From the IMG/VR virus record IMGVR_UViG_3300030330_004210, positions 1-64,000 of that record: a DNA stretch of 64,000 nt; one strand, written 5' to 3'. The notes beneath the pieces were generated by a model, which worked only from the letters and a program-made list of their open reading frames with translations, did not search any database and was not told the DNA's origin. Source of the stretch: a virus. Lineage: Duplodnaviria; Caudoviricetes. Positions 53,316 through 62,836 of the stretch are shown piece after piece. Both the position numbers and the translations under genes were made by a program. Numbering within the stretch: the stretch's first letter is position 1; the number at the start of each line of letters is the position of its first letter.

Positions 53316-53344
53316 TTTTATCCTCTTCTCCTATTAATTAGTTC

Positions 53345-53752
53345 TTAGCCCATAAAAGCTTTCCATTTTTTACCGCCCAAAGCAACAATGCCTGAAATAT
53401 CTACGCCGGGATCAGATGGGTCTGTGTCGCCTAGCGGGCTCGTTAGTTCAGGCGACCTGTCAGGTGATGCGGGTGTCGTACCCTCGAACAGGTCAATACC
53501 GCCATATGCTTCCTTTCCGATTGCATCTAAGAGCTTTTGCTTGTGTTCCCTTAAAGCCTCATTCTTGCTTGGCTGCTGTTGTGCTGGCTTTGCAAACACA
53601 GGAGGTGCGACTTCTTCTTTTATAACAGTTGTGCCCATGCCTCTTACAACCTCTGACACAACAGAGGAAAGAATGCCCTCTTCGTAAAGGCACTCTTTGA
53701 TACACTCTTTAACCATTGGCTTCAAGAGCCTCTTTAACTCTGACTTCTTCAC
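53345..53752 (-). CDS. Hypothetical head-associated protein
   Basis: MKKSELKRLLKPMVKECIKE leader; located in the head cluster. Confidence 0.55.
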   Translation of the reverse strand: MKKSELKRLLKPMVKECIKECLYEEGILSSVVSEVVRGMGTTVIKEEVAPPVFAKPAQQQPSKNEALREHKQKLLDAIGKEAYGGIDLFEGTTPASPDRSPELTSPLGDTDPSDPGVDISGIVALGGKKWKAFMG

Positions 53753-53760
53753 GTCTGCTC

Positions 53761-55887
53761 CTACTTGATTAGTTTCTCAACAAGTTTATTAAACTTATCC
53801 TCGCTAGCATTGGAGCGAATCTCCTGAATAGCGTCCGAGTATGTCTCGGTTACACCCCCAACTACTCTAGGCGGTCTCTGTGACGCTCGACCTCTCTGTC
53901 GCTGGCGAGCTTTCTTGCCAAGGCTGGTTCTACTTCCAGAAGCGCCCTGAGTGGTTCTCTTTTTACTTTTGCTCGCCTTCTTATCGGGGCTTCCCTTTGC
54001 TGCTTCGCCAACAACAACATTATATTTTCGAAGCATCTCGATAGCCTCTTTGATGCTCAAGCCTCTCATGCCAGTGCCACCGCCGCCCTTACGAGCAATG
54101 GCTACAAATGCCTGCTCTGGGGTAAGAGGTTTATTTCCATTAGCCTTAACTGCTGCAATTGCCTTGCGTAAAACACGAGAAACAAAGTGATTAAACTTGG
54201 CTCCTCTCGCCATAGCATCCAGATCATTCTGAATCGAGCGATCAAAAACATAATAAAACACTGGCTTAGTTCTTGCCCCGCTCTTCAGCCTTCTACGACG
54301 ACCAGCGGTCCTAATAGCAGACCTCAAGTCTTTCACACGCTTGCCTCTGCCAAACTCTCTTTCAAAACTGTCGGTGTCGTCAAGATCGTTATCTTGCTCA
54401 AACAAAGCCGTGAACGCTTCGCTTTCTTGAAGATCGCGACCCATCACGGCGCTCTTCTCAAGAGCCTTGAGAGCATCCTCTGCTCTCTGCCTATTACCTT
54501 GCTTTTTAAGATAGTTAGCCTTGAGCTTGTATACCTTGACATCATCATCATCAAAACGAACCAGAACAGGAACTTCAAAATCAACAGGCGGCTCAACAGG
54601 CGGCTTCTGATTGTCATCTTCTTGGTCTGCACCTGTATCGTCCAGATAATCCAAACTTTGCAAGAGATCATTAAGAACTTGTGCTCTCGAAGATTTCAAA
54701 CCTTTCATGCGAAGCGCTTTAACGCCAACTGCTCCAGCAAGCAACGAAATGCCAAGGGGAGCCAAGTAGGGGGCAACAACTGCCCCAAACTTACCAGCAG
54801 CCGTAGTGGCTACAGCCGTCTTGGCTGCTCCGGTGGCGATTGGCTTCAGCGCTCTAATGACCACCTCTTTGCCCAGCTTTAACCCAAGCGCTCCGGGCTC
54901 GGCTCCAAACATCTCACCCAAGGTACCCGCACCCGATGAGGTTGCTGTGTTCCATGCGTCCATAAAAGCCGATGGATCACCTGAAAGTTGTGAAAGCTCG
55001 CCCGCATCTATGCCTGCCGCGCTCATTTCTTTAAACATTATTTGCGGGTCAACATCGGGGGCAAAGTGACTTGCGTCTCCATGCATGATGCGACCTAGCA
55101 TCTGTGTAATACCCTCTCCGGGTTCGGGCGACAGTTTTCCAACAACTTCTGTTTGCATGTCGTCAATTGGGAGATCACCTTGAATAACTCTAGTTGTAAT
55201 CTTCTTAAACCACTCTGACTCCACCAAGAACTTGCCGAGAATTGTAGCGGCTCCAATAGCAGCAAGTATGGCTGGCAACTTATTGGACTTGAGCCCCTTG
55301 ATAACTGCCGACTTTTTATCAGAAGCCATAGGACCCTCTTCCTTTTCGTCCTGCTGCTCTCTGATTATTGCCTCAAAGATTAAATCGTCCTGATCTCTGT
55401 CCACGTCTTCAGAGAAATGCTTATATACATCGGCTAACTCATAATCAAGAAACTTCTTAACAATCAACCGAAGCTGCTCAATTAACTCATTGGCAACAAC
55501 AGCGCTCATTTGCTTGCTCTCAACAGCTTTTTTTAAGGACTCGTAGAAAGCGCCGATCTCCATTGTCTGCTCAAGAAACTCATATTTATCCTCTTGGTTT
55601 GGATACCCAGCCTTCTTAAAATCTCCATTGAGCCTGTCGATCAGTGTTTTAGATTCTTTGGATGCTACCTTTTGCAGCTTCTGCATCGCCTGAACATACT
55701 GCTGCTCAGCGCCTTCTGCTCTCTTTTTGCGACCTCGAATCTTGCCGCCCTTTTCCCAAGTTCCAAGTGTCTTGGCAGCAAAATTCTTCATCTTGCTCCA
55801 GATGCCTTCTTGCAGCATTTGTTCACTAAGAATTGCTCTGGCTTCTTCCTCGACTATCTTCTTTAAGTTATCTTTGTTAGCTGACAT
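53761..55887 (-). CDS. Large putative internal/ejection protein
   Basis: Leader NLKKIVEEEARAILSE; two hydrophobic segments; basic C-terminus; directly after the protease gene. Confidence 0.5.
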   Translation of the reverse strand: MSANKDNLKKIVEEEARAILSEQMLQEGIWSKMKNFAAKTLGTWEKGGKIRGRKKRAEGAEQQYVQAMQKLQKVASKESKTLIDRLNGDFKKAGYPNQEDKYEFLEQTMEIGAFYESLKKAVESKQMSAVVANELIEQLRLIVKKFLDYELADVYKHFSEDVDRDQDDLIFEAIIREQQDEKEEGPMASDKKSAVIKGLKSNKLPAILAAIGAATILGKFLVESEWFKKITTRVIQGDLPIDDMQTEVVGKLSPEPGEGITQMLGRIMHGDASHFAPDVDPQIMFKEMSAAGIDAGELSQLSGDPSAFMDAWNTATSSGAGTLGEMFGAEPGALGLKLGKEVVIRALKPIATGAAKTAVATTAAGKFGAVVAPYLAPLGISLLAGAVGVKALRMKGLKSSRAQVLNDLLQSLDYLDDTGADQEDDNQKPPVEPPVDFEVPVLVRFDDDDVKVYKLKANYLKKQGNRQRAEDALKALEKSAVMGRDLQESEAFTALFEQDNDLDDTDSFEREFGRGKRVKDLRSAIRTAGRRRRLKSGARTKPVFYYVFDRSIQNDLDAMARGAKFNHFVSRVLRKAIAAVKANGNKPLTPEQAFVAIARKGGGGTGMRGLSIKEAIEMLRKYNVVVGEAAKGSPDKKASKSKKRTTQGASGSRTSLGKKARQRQRGRASQRPPRVVGGVTETYSDAIQEIRSNASEDKFNKLVEKLIK

Positions 55888-55922
55888 ATATAAGTCTCCC
55901 AAGCCAGTGTGTTGGCTCCTAT

Positions 55923-56528
55923 TTAAAAATCGCCTATGATATCGTTTAGCTTTCTGTTAATACGATCTGCTTTTGTAAATACATTTGGCTGCTTCTTTGA
56001 CTCTTGCAGAGACATAAAAGCATTTGGTGTTGAAGGCTCCGACACAAAGTCAAAGCATATAAGTTGCAGGTCCTCTTGAACAACAGCATGCCCCCTTGAT
56101 TCATCAAGCGACCCAAGAGCCCTTGAAGAAATACCAAGCTTGCAACCGTCTTTAACGAGTGACTGTAGAATCTTTCCAGATGGCGTGTTAAGCACCTTTA
56201 CCTTGCCCATGACGGCTGGACCATCCCACCAAACGTCAGTAACCATGTGAGAAGCATTCTTAAGATTAATCACCGAATCATCTGGGTGGTCTAGCTCTCC
56301 CAGTGCTCGGTTTTCTCTAACAAGCTTTTCGTAGTTTTTCATCTCTCTTTCGAGGATCTTTTTTGGGTAGACGCGACCATTACCATTCTGGACCTCTGCC
56401 TCTTGCAGTTTTCCAGAAAGTATCATGCCGCCATTTGCCACATACCTCTTCTCATCTTCTGTTAAGAGGTCTTGACAAACGCCGCCTTCACATAGTTCAT
56501 AGTATTCTCGTAAAAGTTGTTTAGCCAT
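55923..56528 (-). CDS. Prohead core protease (gp21-like)
   Basis: NGNGRVYP, ALGELDHP, TPSG, GISSRALGS, DFVSEPSTPNA. Confidence 0.93.
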   Translation of the reverse strand: MAKQLLREYYELCEGGVCQDLLTEDEKRYVANGGMILSGKLQEAEVQNGNGRVYPKKILEREMKNYEKLVRENRALGELDHPDDSVINLKNASHMVTDVWWDGPAVMGKVKVLNTPSGKILQSLVKDGCKLGISSRALGSLDESRGHAVVQEDLQLICFDFVSEPSTPNAFMSLQESKKQPNVFTKADRINRKLNDIIGDF

Positions 56529-56564
56529 ATTTAGTTCCTATAGAGCGGGCGCTACCCGCCCGAG

Positions 56565-56639
56565 CTATGCTCCCTTGCAACAACGCGCAACAGGGCGAAG
56601 GTACCAGCTTCTCTTAGAGATAATTTTAGTGCGTGTCAT
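56565..56639 (-). CDS. 24-aa peptide MTRTKIISKRSWYLRPVARCCKGA, not in the ORF track
   Basis: Manually translated; GGAGG RBS 6 nt upstream; fills the gap before the protease gene. Confidence 0.5.
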   Translation of the reverse strand: MTRTKIISKRSWYLRPVARCCKGA

Positions 56640-56952
56640 TTTGTGCCTCCAGTTTTTGAATTTTAATGCCGCAATCACCAAACAACATGTTTAAGATGTA
56701 TGATGTTCCCGAACTCAAGCACCCCAAAATAAAATAATTTACAAGGGTGTGTTCAAAAGTAAATAGTTCCGTGCAATCGTTTATCCCACACAAAAACGCA
56801 CCAACCCAAAAGCCCATGCACATTGGACAATTGAATAGTTCGCCAAAGCCACCAAGCCACTCTTTTGTGGGTCTAATCTTATTAAAGATGGAGCCATAAA
56901 CAATAAGCTGCGTCATACCATACGCAGCCAAGATAAAATACAATAATTCCAT
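56626..56952 (-). CDS. DUF1360-like small membrane protein
   Basis: IF.KIR, GELFNCPMCMGFWVG. Confidence 0.65.
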   Translation of the reverse strand: MELLYFILAAYGMTQLIVYGSIFNKIRPTKEWLGGFGELFNCPMCMGFWVGAFLCGINDCTELFTFEHTLVNYFILGCLSSGTSYILNMLFGDCGIKIQKLEAQNDTH

Positions 56953-56962
56953 GATTGCCTCT

Positions 56963-57520
56963 CTATAACATATAACTTAAGAAGTATGGACTAACTCTGC
57001 CATAACCGGGTCGGATACCGCCCTTCTCTGCGGCTTGAGGGACCTCTCCAAGCTCTGTTGAGTCAGCGGAGCTTGGATCTAAGAACTCGTCCTCTTCCAT
57101 CTTGTTGTATTTCTCTATGTACTCGAAGTAGGGTCTTTCATCATCTATAAAGTTAGAAACATTTAGAACAACCAAGGGCAGAAAATTATCTTGCTCTGCC
57201 CCAACAAGAAGCGCCTCCATTGACCCATAACTATTGCCGCCACGAATTGAATCCGGGTCTATGATTCCCTTCTTTCTAAGGTACTTAAAAAGTCGGTCCT
57301 GCGTGTCATATACCAAGTCGTTCTGGATTTCTTTAGGGAAAGCGACAATCTTTTTCTTTTGTGGCATAATCACCACATCAACATCATTGTGGTCAGAAAT
57401 TATTAAATTTCCATCCATCGTTTTCCTTATGTCTAACGACATAGTTATTGGTGGTGCTTTTGGCTCTTCGCTAGCCCGTGGAGCATCCTCTGCTTTACCA
57501 ATTTTAATGTTGATAGCCAT
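56963..57520 (-). CDS. Hypothetical protein
   Basis: Coupled ORF in the head cluster. Confidence 0.6.
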   Translation of the reverse strand: MAINIKIGKAEDAPRASEEPKAPPITMSLDIRKTMDGNLIISDHNDVDVVIMPQKKKIVAFPKEIQNDLVYDTQDRLFKYLRKKGIIDPDSIRGGNSYGSMEALLVGAEQDNFLPLVVLNVSNFIDDERPYFEYIEKYNKMEEDEFLDPSSADSTELGEVPQAAEKGGIRPGYGRVSPYFLSYML

Positions 57521-58338
57521 TAACTATTTAACTCCAAAACCAAGTCTTGAATCTTTAGAAGGCTCTGAATCATGTTGGTATCGATCTCTTTCTTGGAGTA
57601 TGCTCTTAGCTCACTCAAGACCCTTTCAGTATTTCGCTTCATTGTGACGTCTTCTGAGATTTCACGAGTGCTAAGGCTATTTTCTACTTCCTCTTTTAGC
57701 CTTCCTATCTCTTCATTTAGATAAATCTTAAGATCTAATCCGTTATCTGAAAACGATGAGATATACTTGGATAACAACGTTTTTTGCTGCTCCGAAAGAG
57801 TGCCAGAATACTTTTCGTTAAACTTGGAGACAAATGTTTTATAAGTGAGGCTATCAATTGGTTTCATTTTGCTCTCTTCTTTAGCCTCTGGCTCGGAACT
57901 TAAGTAGTCAACGATCTTGCCTTCAAGGAGCACCCTCTCCTTAACAGGCGTATCAGAATTAAAAAGCTGTGCTAACGTTGCCAAATCTTTATAGTTTGGA
58001 ACGAAGTTTGAAAAGACTGCCTTTTTGTATTCCTGATTCATATCGCGAATAAGATCCGACTGCTCTTTGAAGACATCACCATCCAATATATACTTTCTTT
58101 GTGCCTTTACTTCAAAAATGAGTTTTTCGGCTATGATCTTGTCTAAGCTCCTTGTCTCAAGTATCGCCTTGTAAAGCTGCAACTCCTCATACAGAGCGGA
58201 GCCCTTTTTAAAGTGCTTGGCAATAATCTTTCTTGTTCTGGCTTGCGTCTTAAGATCGCCACGAACAACTGCCTTTGTCATTTCAGCAATTAAAGCCTCA
58301 AACAAAAAAGCGGTATTTCTTTTCTTATTGTGCCTCAT
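57520..58338 (-). CDS. Hypothetical head-cluster protein
   Basis: RHNKKRNTAFLFEAL start; overlaps the portal stop. Confidence 0.6.
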   Translation of the reverse strand: MRHNKKRNTAFLFEALIAEMTKAVVRGDLKTQARTRKIIAKHFKKGSALYEELQLYKAILETRSLDKIIAEKLIFEVKAQRKYILDGDVFKEQSDLIRDMNQEYKKAVFSNFVPNYKDLATLAQLFNSDTPVKERVLLEGKIVDYLSSEPEAKEESKMKPIDSLTYKTFVSKFNEKYSGTLSEQQKTLLSKYISSFSDNGLDLKIYLNEEIGRLKEEVENSLSTREISEDVTMKRNTERVLSELRAYSKKEIDTNMIQSLLKIQDLVLELNS

Positions 58339-60319
58339 CTTTTGTTTCCTTTGTCCCTAATCCCTCAATCAACTTTTCAATCTCATAGTTTGTTTGAAAT
58401 ATCATATGCTCATCAAGGATTTGCCTCTTTTCATAATTAGAGCGCTGGTCCTCCATTTGCATATTTCTTAGCTGATTCATACCAGTAGAACCAAAGCCTC
58501 CGGGGAACATTGTTCTGGTACTAGTTTCTTTTGAGATGGTGCTTCTCATGTTTCTTGTTCGTGGACCAGCATCTTTTCGCTTGTCGCGCTTAGCAGGCGT
58601 GTATCTCTTGCCCTTGGCACCGGGCGTTATATACGAGCCGTCCTCTTCAATGTCTCTCTTCGCTGGGGGCTCTGCCAAAAGAACACTACCCTCGTCACCA
58701 CCGGCTGGAGCAGTATCTGCTGCTGGTGCCGGGGTGTCACCACCGCCTCCAAGATCTGCACCACCTTCATCGCCCCCACCAAGATCGCCGAGATCTCCTA
58801 AGCCACCGCCTGCATCATCGCCGCCTGCTGGGGTGGCGGTTGCGGAAAGGCTGGCTTCAGCCTCACCGGCTGCTTCTGCGGCTGCATTGATTTGAGCATC
58901 ATACTTCTTATCATAGAAAAGTTCTCTTTGGTTTCTAACAAACTCTTCCTCTGACATGTTGAACAAGTGCTCGCATACCCAACGACGACTAAAATAGCCT
59001 TCTGTTGCATTTGCTGCAATATCAAATTTTGTCTTCCAATGTTCAAGCTCCTGAAGCTCTGCGAGCTTAGACGGGTTGTTTAGGTAAAGACTAAAGTTTA
59101 GGAGATCGTCTCCACGAAAACCAAGAGTGTATAAGTGGATAATGCCAATCTTTTCAAGCTCTGAAATGACGGCTCTTTGTAATCTCTGGATTGTTCTGGC
59201 AAATCTAATATCTTTTTGTGCGAGTGTTGTTTTGTCTTCCGTTTTTTCGTCACCCTGCGTAAGGTAAGAGGCGGGTATCTTCAGGGCAGAAAACAACTTA
59301 TCTCTTAAATACTTAACGTCATCAATATCTCCTGTGTTCTGACCACCCGCCAAGCTTTCCACCTTTGACGAAGTGTCGCCGCGAACAGGAATAAAGTAAT
59401 CTTCTTCAACGCTCATGGGGTTATACCGAAGATCAACACGACCCGTATCAGGGCTCACCAACTGATTTCTCTTCATAGATGTCATAACTTTCTGCATGTA
59501 TTGTTCGACATCGGTTGGCGGGATATTACCAACATCAACGTAGAAGACTCTTCTTTCTGGAGCGCGGACGACCCGGTAAGCCATCATGGCGTCTTCCATC
59601 AAAATAAGTTGACGCCAGATACGACGAGCCGCTTCAAGGACTGAAGTTCCGTAAGGAGTATACTTATCGTTGCCTAAAATTCTAAAGTGACCAACTTGCC
59701 AATTCTCAAACGTCATAGCGGCTGAGTTCCACTGGAACTGCACATAGTTTGGATTGGTTTTATCTTCGCCCTCTAGCCTTTCAACCTCGGCAGATGGCAA
59801 CCCAATGACTGTCTTGATGCCTATCTTTTCGTCTATATCAAGGTATAAAAAGAAGTCACCATACTTGCACATTGTACGACACCAGCCAAAAAGGTTGTAC
59901 TCAATGTTTAGAATGTTCTGGTATAGAGTCGATAACACAGCCTTTATTTCGGCATTGGGACACTTAATTGTAAGCATCGGCTGAAGAGATGAATGCGTGG
60001 TCATCTCATCAGCATAGATATCTAGCGCAGAAGCGATCTCTGGCGTGTACTCCATCTGATCAAAGTCGGTGTACCTTTCTGACCTTCTCTGGTTTGCCAT
60101 TGCCGAACTGTTGATCTGGGCAAATGGATTATATCCCGACCTTTTGAACTGTTGACCAGAAGCGCTCTTAAATTTAGTAGAAAAATAATCTAACTGGGAC
60201 CGCTTATAATCTCTCGTCATCTGCGAGCGATAGTTTGTAATTGGTCCAGAGAAGAGGCGAGTCAATCTCCTAAAAAGTGTTGACTCTGCGTTTCTTGGAT
60301 TTCTTGTCTGGTCAGCCAT
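58325..60319 (-). CDS. Portal protein (gp20-like)
   Basis: LMEDAMMAYRVVRAPERRVFYVDVGN, EDYFIP, LAGG, DVKYLRDKLFSALKIP. Confidence 0.95.
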   Translation of the reverse strand: MADQTRNPRNAESTLFRRLTRLFSGPITNYRSQMTRDYKRSQLDYFSTKFKSASGQQFKRSGYNPFAQINSSAMANQRRSERYTDFDQMEYTPEIASALDIYADEMTTHSSLQPMLTIKCPNAEIKAVLSTLYQNILNIEYNLFGWCRTMCKYGDFFLYLDIDEKIGIKTVIGLPSAEVERLEGEDKTNPNYVQFQWNSAAMTFENWQVGHFRILGNDKYTPYGTSVLEAARRIWRQLILMEDAMMAYRVVRAPERRVFYVDVGNIPPTDVEQYMQKVMTSMKRNQLVSPDTGRVDLRYNPMSVEEDYFIPVRGDTSSKVESLAGGQNTGDIDDVKYLRDKLFSALKIPASYLTQGDEKTEDKTTLAQKDIRFARTIQRLQRAVISELEKIGIIHLYTLGFRGDDLLNFSLYLNNPSKLAELQELEHWKTKFDIAANATEGYFSRRWVCEHLFNMSEEEFVRNQRELFYDKKYDAQINAAAEAAGEAEASLSATATPAGGDDAGGGLGDLGDLGGGDEGGADLGGGGDTPAPAADTAPAGGDEGSVLLAEPPAKRDIEEDGSYITPGAKGKRYTPAKRDKRKDAGPRTRNMRSTISKETSTRTMFPGGFGSTGMNQLRNMQMEDQRSNYEKRQILDEHMIFQTNYEIEKLIEGLGTKETKDEAQ

Positions 60320-60322
60320 TTA

Positions 60323-61906
60323 TCACCCCTTTAAAAGCCATGAATATTGTTGATACTCACTCATCTGTTTTGCCGCCTTTTGTTCGTAATCCCGATCATA
60401 TCCTTTTTGTCCGGGTATTTGTGTGCTCATCTTGGTTGTGGACATTATCATGGAATCTAAAAAAGCCTTTTGATAGTTCATTTTTCTCTGGTTAATTGTT
60501 AGGGCAGTGTCCCTTACCCAACAGCCTATTGCCAAAGACATAACTAGGTCGTCGTGGTATGTTCTCATTGCTTGTGGTTTGCCGTTGTTCCATATAAAAG
60601 TTGTAAGTTCGTTATGTAGGCGACTAGAATACACATTAATTAGTTTATTTCTGATGAATTCCTCCAACTTTGCAACAATTAAAGGTCGCGTTTTAGATGA
60701 GGTGGTAAACCCAGCAATAACATTCTTCATGCCATCAGCGACACCAGACTCAACATAATCGTGAGTGCCCTTCACAGAATAATACAAATTTGGATATTGC
60801 AAATCTTCAAGCTTTTCACATACAGAAATACCAATGCCTACATTTTCTACAACCATAAGTGCGCCTCCGTATTCGCACCCCACTTGGTTGAGTATATTAG
60901 CATACATATCCAAGCTTGGCTTTCCTTGGTATTCAGCAACAATTTCCATTGTCTCTAGTTTAAATGTCTGGAAAACAGAGAAGTCTGCTCCGTCACCGCG
61001 AGCCACATCAGCAACAACCATATATGTGTTGTCTTCTCGATACTCTTCCCATATCCAATAATTTCTGTCAAAGCCGGTTCTGTGTTTTGGCTCTCGTATA
61101 TTACTTCTTATTAACTCTAGATCGTCAGAGTGAATTACTGTTTCTCCAGACGTATTAAAGTTACACTCTAGCTCTTGAGCAATTTGCCGACGAGACATGT
61201 TTTTGGTCTCTTTCTCAAACCATGCCTGATCTCTCTCTGGGTGGACATCCCACGGCAAATTAATTGGCTTAAAGTCGTTATCTTCCAGTTCTGCTTCAGT
61301 GTAAGTTTTGTGAAACCAGTTACCTACACCATTAGGGGTAGATAAGGCAATACAGCGACCACCCGTAGAAAGCGTAGGATACAAGCCTGTCCACAGTTCT
61401 TCAAGACCCTCAACGTGTGCTGCCTCATCAATAACAAGAAGCGACAAAGCCTCTGAACGACCTGCGTCGCCAGAGGTAGATGTTGCCTTTATTTGTGACC
61501 CGTTAGACAATTCAAAGCTTGTCCTATTGTCTACAGATATCTCTGTGATGCGAATCCAAGGTGGCAAGTTTCTCATGATTGCCTTAACCTTTTTGACCAA
61601 GTTTGCTGCCGTGCTGAACTTAGTAGCCATTACAAGGATGTTCTTGTCCTTGTGAAATAGCATCATCCAAACAACATAAGCCGCAACAATTGTTGAAATA
61701 CCTAGCTGCCTAGCTTTTAGTATAACTGTGAAACGATGATCGTTGAAATCTTTTAATAAATCATCCTGATAATCAAAAGTCTTAAAGGGAATCGAGCCCT
61801 TAAGTGGGTGAGATATCTTGCAATAATTATTAATGAAGTAGCTCGGGTCTTTGCCCGACTTAAATATCTCTTTGACTATCTCTTTCTTTGATAACTCATG
61901 AACCAT
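60323..61906 (-). CDS. Terminase large subunit (gp17-like)
   Basis: LKARQLGIST, LVIDEAAH, STPNG, QELECNF, DVARGDGADFS, HDDLVMS. Confidence 0.95.
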   Translation of the reverse strand: MVHELSKKEIVKEIFKSGKDPSYFINNYCKISHPLKGSIPFKTFDYQDDLLKDFNDHRFTVILKARQLGISTIVAAYVVWMMLFHKDKNILVMATKFSTAANLVKKVKAIMRNLPPWIRITEISVDNRTSFELSNGSQIKATSTSGDAGRSEALSLLVIDEAAHVEGLEELWTGLYPTLSTGGRCIALSTPNGVGNWFHKTYTEAELEDNDFKPINLPWDVHPERDQAWFEKETKNMSRRQIAQELECNFNTSGETVIHSDDLELIRSNIREPKHRTGFDRNYWIWEEYREDNTYMVVADVARGDGADFSVFQTFKLETMEIVAEYQGKPSLDMYANILNQVGCEYGGALMVVENVGIGISVCEKLEDLQYPNLYYSVKGTHDYVESGVADGMKNVIAGFTTSSKTRPLIVAKLEEFIRNKLINVYSSRLHNELTTFIWNNGKPQAMRTYHDDLVMSLAIGCWVRDTALTINQRKMNYQKAFLDSMIMSTTKMSTQIPGQKGYDRDYEQKAAKQMSEYQQYSWLLKG

Positions 61907-62444
61907 TGTTCACTTTGCGCGAGTCGTTCTCTGGTCGCTTGCCCTGAAACCCGCCCTGATCCAAAAACTTTTGAAATCCGTCTTGCAAGTCTCCCGAGCT
62001 AGGCTCTAAAATCTCTTTTACATCTGCCAAGCCTGCGATGACGTACTTCTTGTGAGCCTGAACAAAAGTTCGGACACGACTTGTATTTTGCACTATAGCC
62101 TTGATCTCACCATCTGCTTTCAGAGAAACGCTTTCCCCCGTTATCTTTCTGTATTGCTTTTTTAGGTAAGAAACAATATCTTCAATTGTCTGGTCAAGCT
62201 CCGACTCAAAACCGCCCTTGTAAACGTCCTTAAGTTTGATCTCAGCCTGATAATTAACAATCATATGTGGTCCACTGAACGTCACCTTGAAGCCATCCAA
62301 AGTTCGCGAATCATAAACAGGATGCCCCTCTTCTCTCTTTAGACCAATCTCAATCGGATTACCCTCATCGTCAAGAGCGCCGTCATAAGCATTTGCTGCT
62401 GCTTGTGCGAGACCTCTCACGATTTTTAACGATTCTGCTGACAT
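61896..62444 (-). CDS. Hypothetical protein
   Basis: Overlaps the terminase start; GGAG RBS. Confidence 0.6.
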   Translation of the reverse strand: MSAESLKIVRGLAQAAANAYDGALDDEGNPIEIGLKREEGHPVYDSRTLDGFKVTFSGPHMIVNYQAEIKLKDVYKGGFESELDQTIEDIVSYLKKQYRKITGESVSLKADGEIKAIVQNTSRVRTFVQAHKKYVIAGLADVKEILEPSSGDLQDGFQKFLDQGGFQGKRPENDSRKVNNGS

Positions 62445-62836
62445 TTAGTTTTCTCCTTCGTGGGTCTCCACCCAGTCTCCCACCGCTCTTCTCTATCTTC
62501 GACCCAACGAACGTAGCAACTTTTACAACATTCGAATTTGGTCATGTACACATCATCTTGTATACTAAAAGAATAAGAATCACATACTGGGCATTTTCTA
62601 TTATGTTCTCTAGTAAGTAGTTTTTTATTAACAAAAACGCCATCGACTTCTATCTTCTCATGCTTTTCCTGAAATCGGTCTTCTTTTTCTAGCATTTTTT
62701 GGAGTTGCTTTTTGTATTCTTCTTCTTTTTCGTCATCCCAGTTAGCACGGGGATTCTGTATCGCATCATAGCCATACTTCTTGGAGATTGCTTTTTCAAC
62801 CCTAGCAACATAATTTGGGTCTTTGTATTTTTTCAT
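62426..62836 (-). CDS. Zinc-finger hypothetical protein
   Basis: CPVC and CCKSC. Confidence 0.6.
   Translation of the reverse strand: MKKYKDPNYVARVEKAISKKYGYDAIQNPRANWDDEKEEEYKKQLQKMLEKEDRFQEKHEKIEVDGVFVNKKLLTREHNRKCPVCDSYSFSIQDDVYMTKFECCKSCYVRWVEDREERWETGWRPTKEKTKCQQNR

Noticed and set aside
56529-56567. Amber readthrough from the Cys-Cys peptide into the in-frame protease
   Set aside because: Two TAG stops intervene, and the protease has its own plausible RBS and start
57523-57530. TAAATAGT on the coding strand as a T4-orientation late promoter
   Set aside because: It is the last codons of the upstream gene, directly abutting the next start, and opposite in orientation to the other sites
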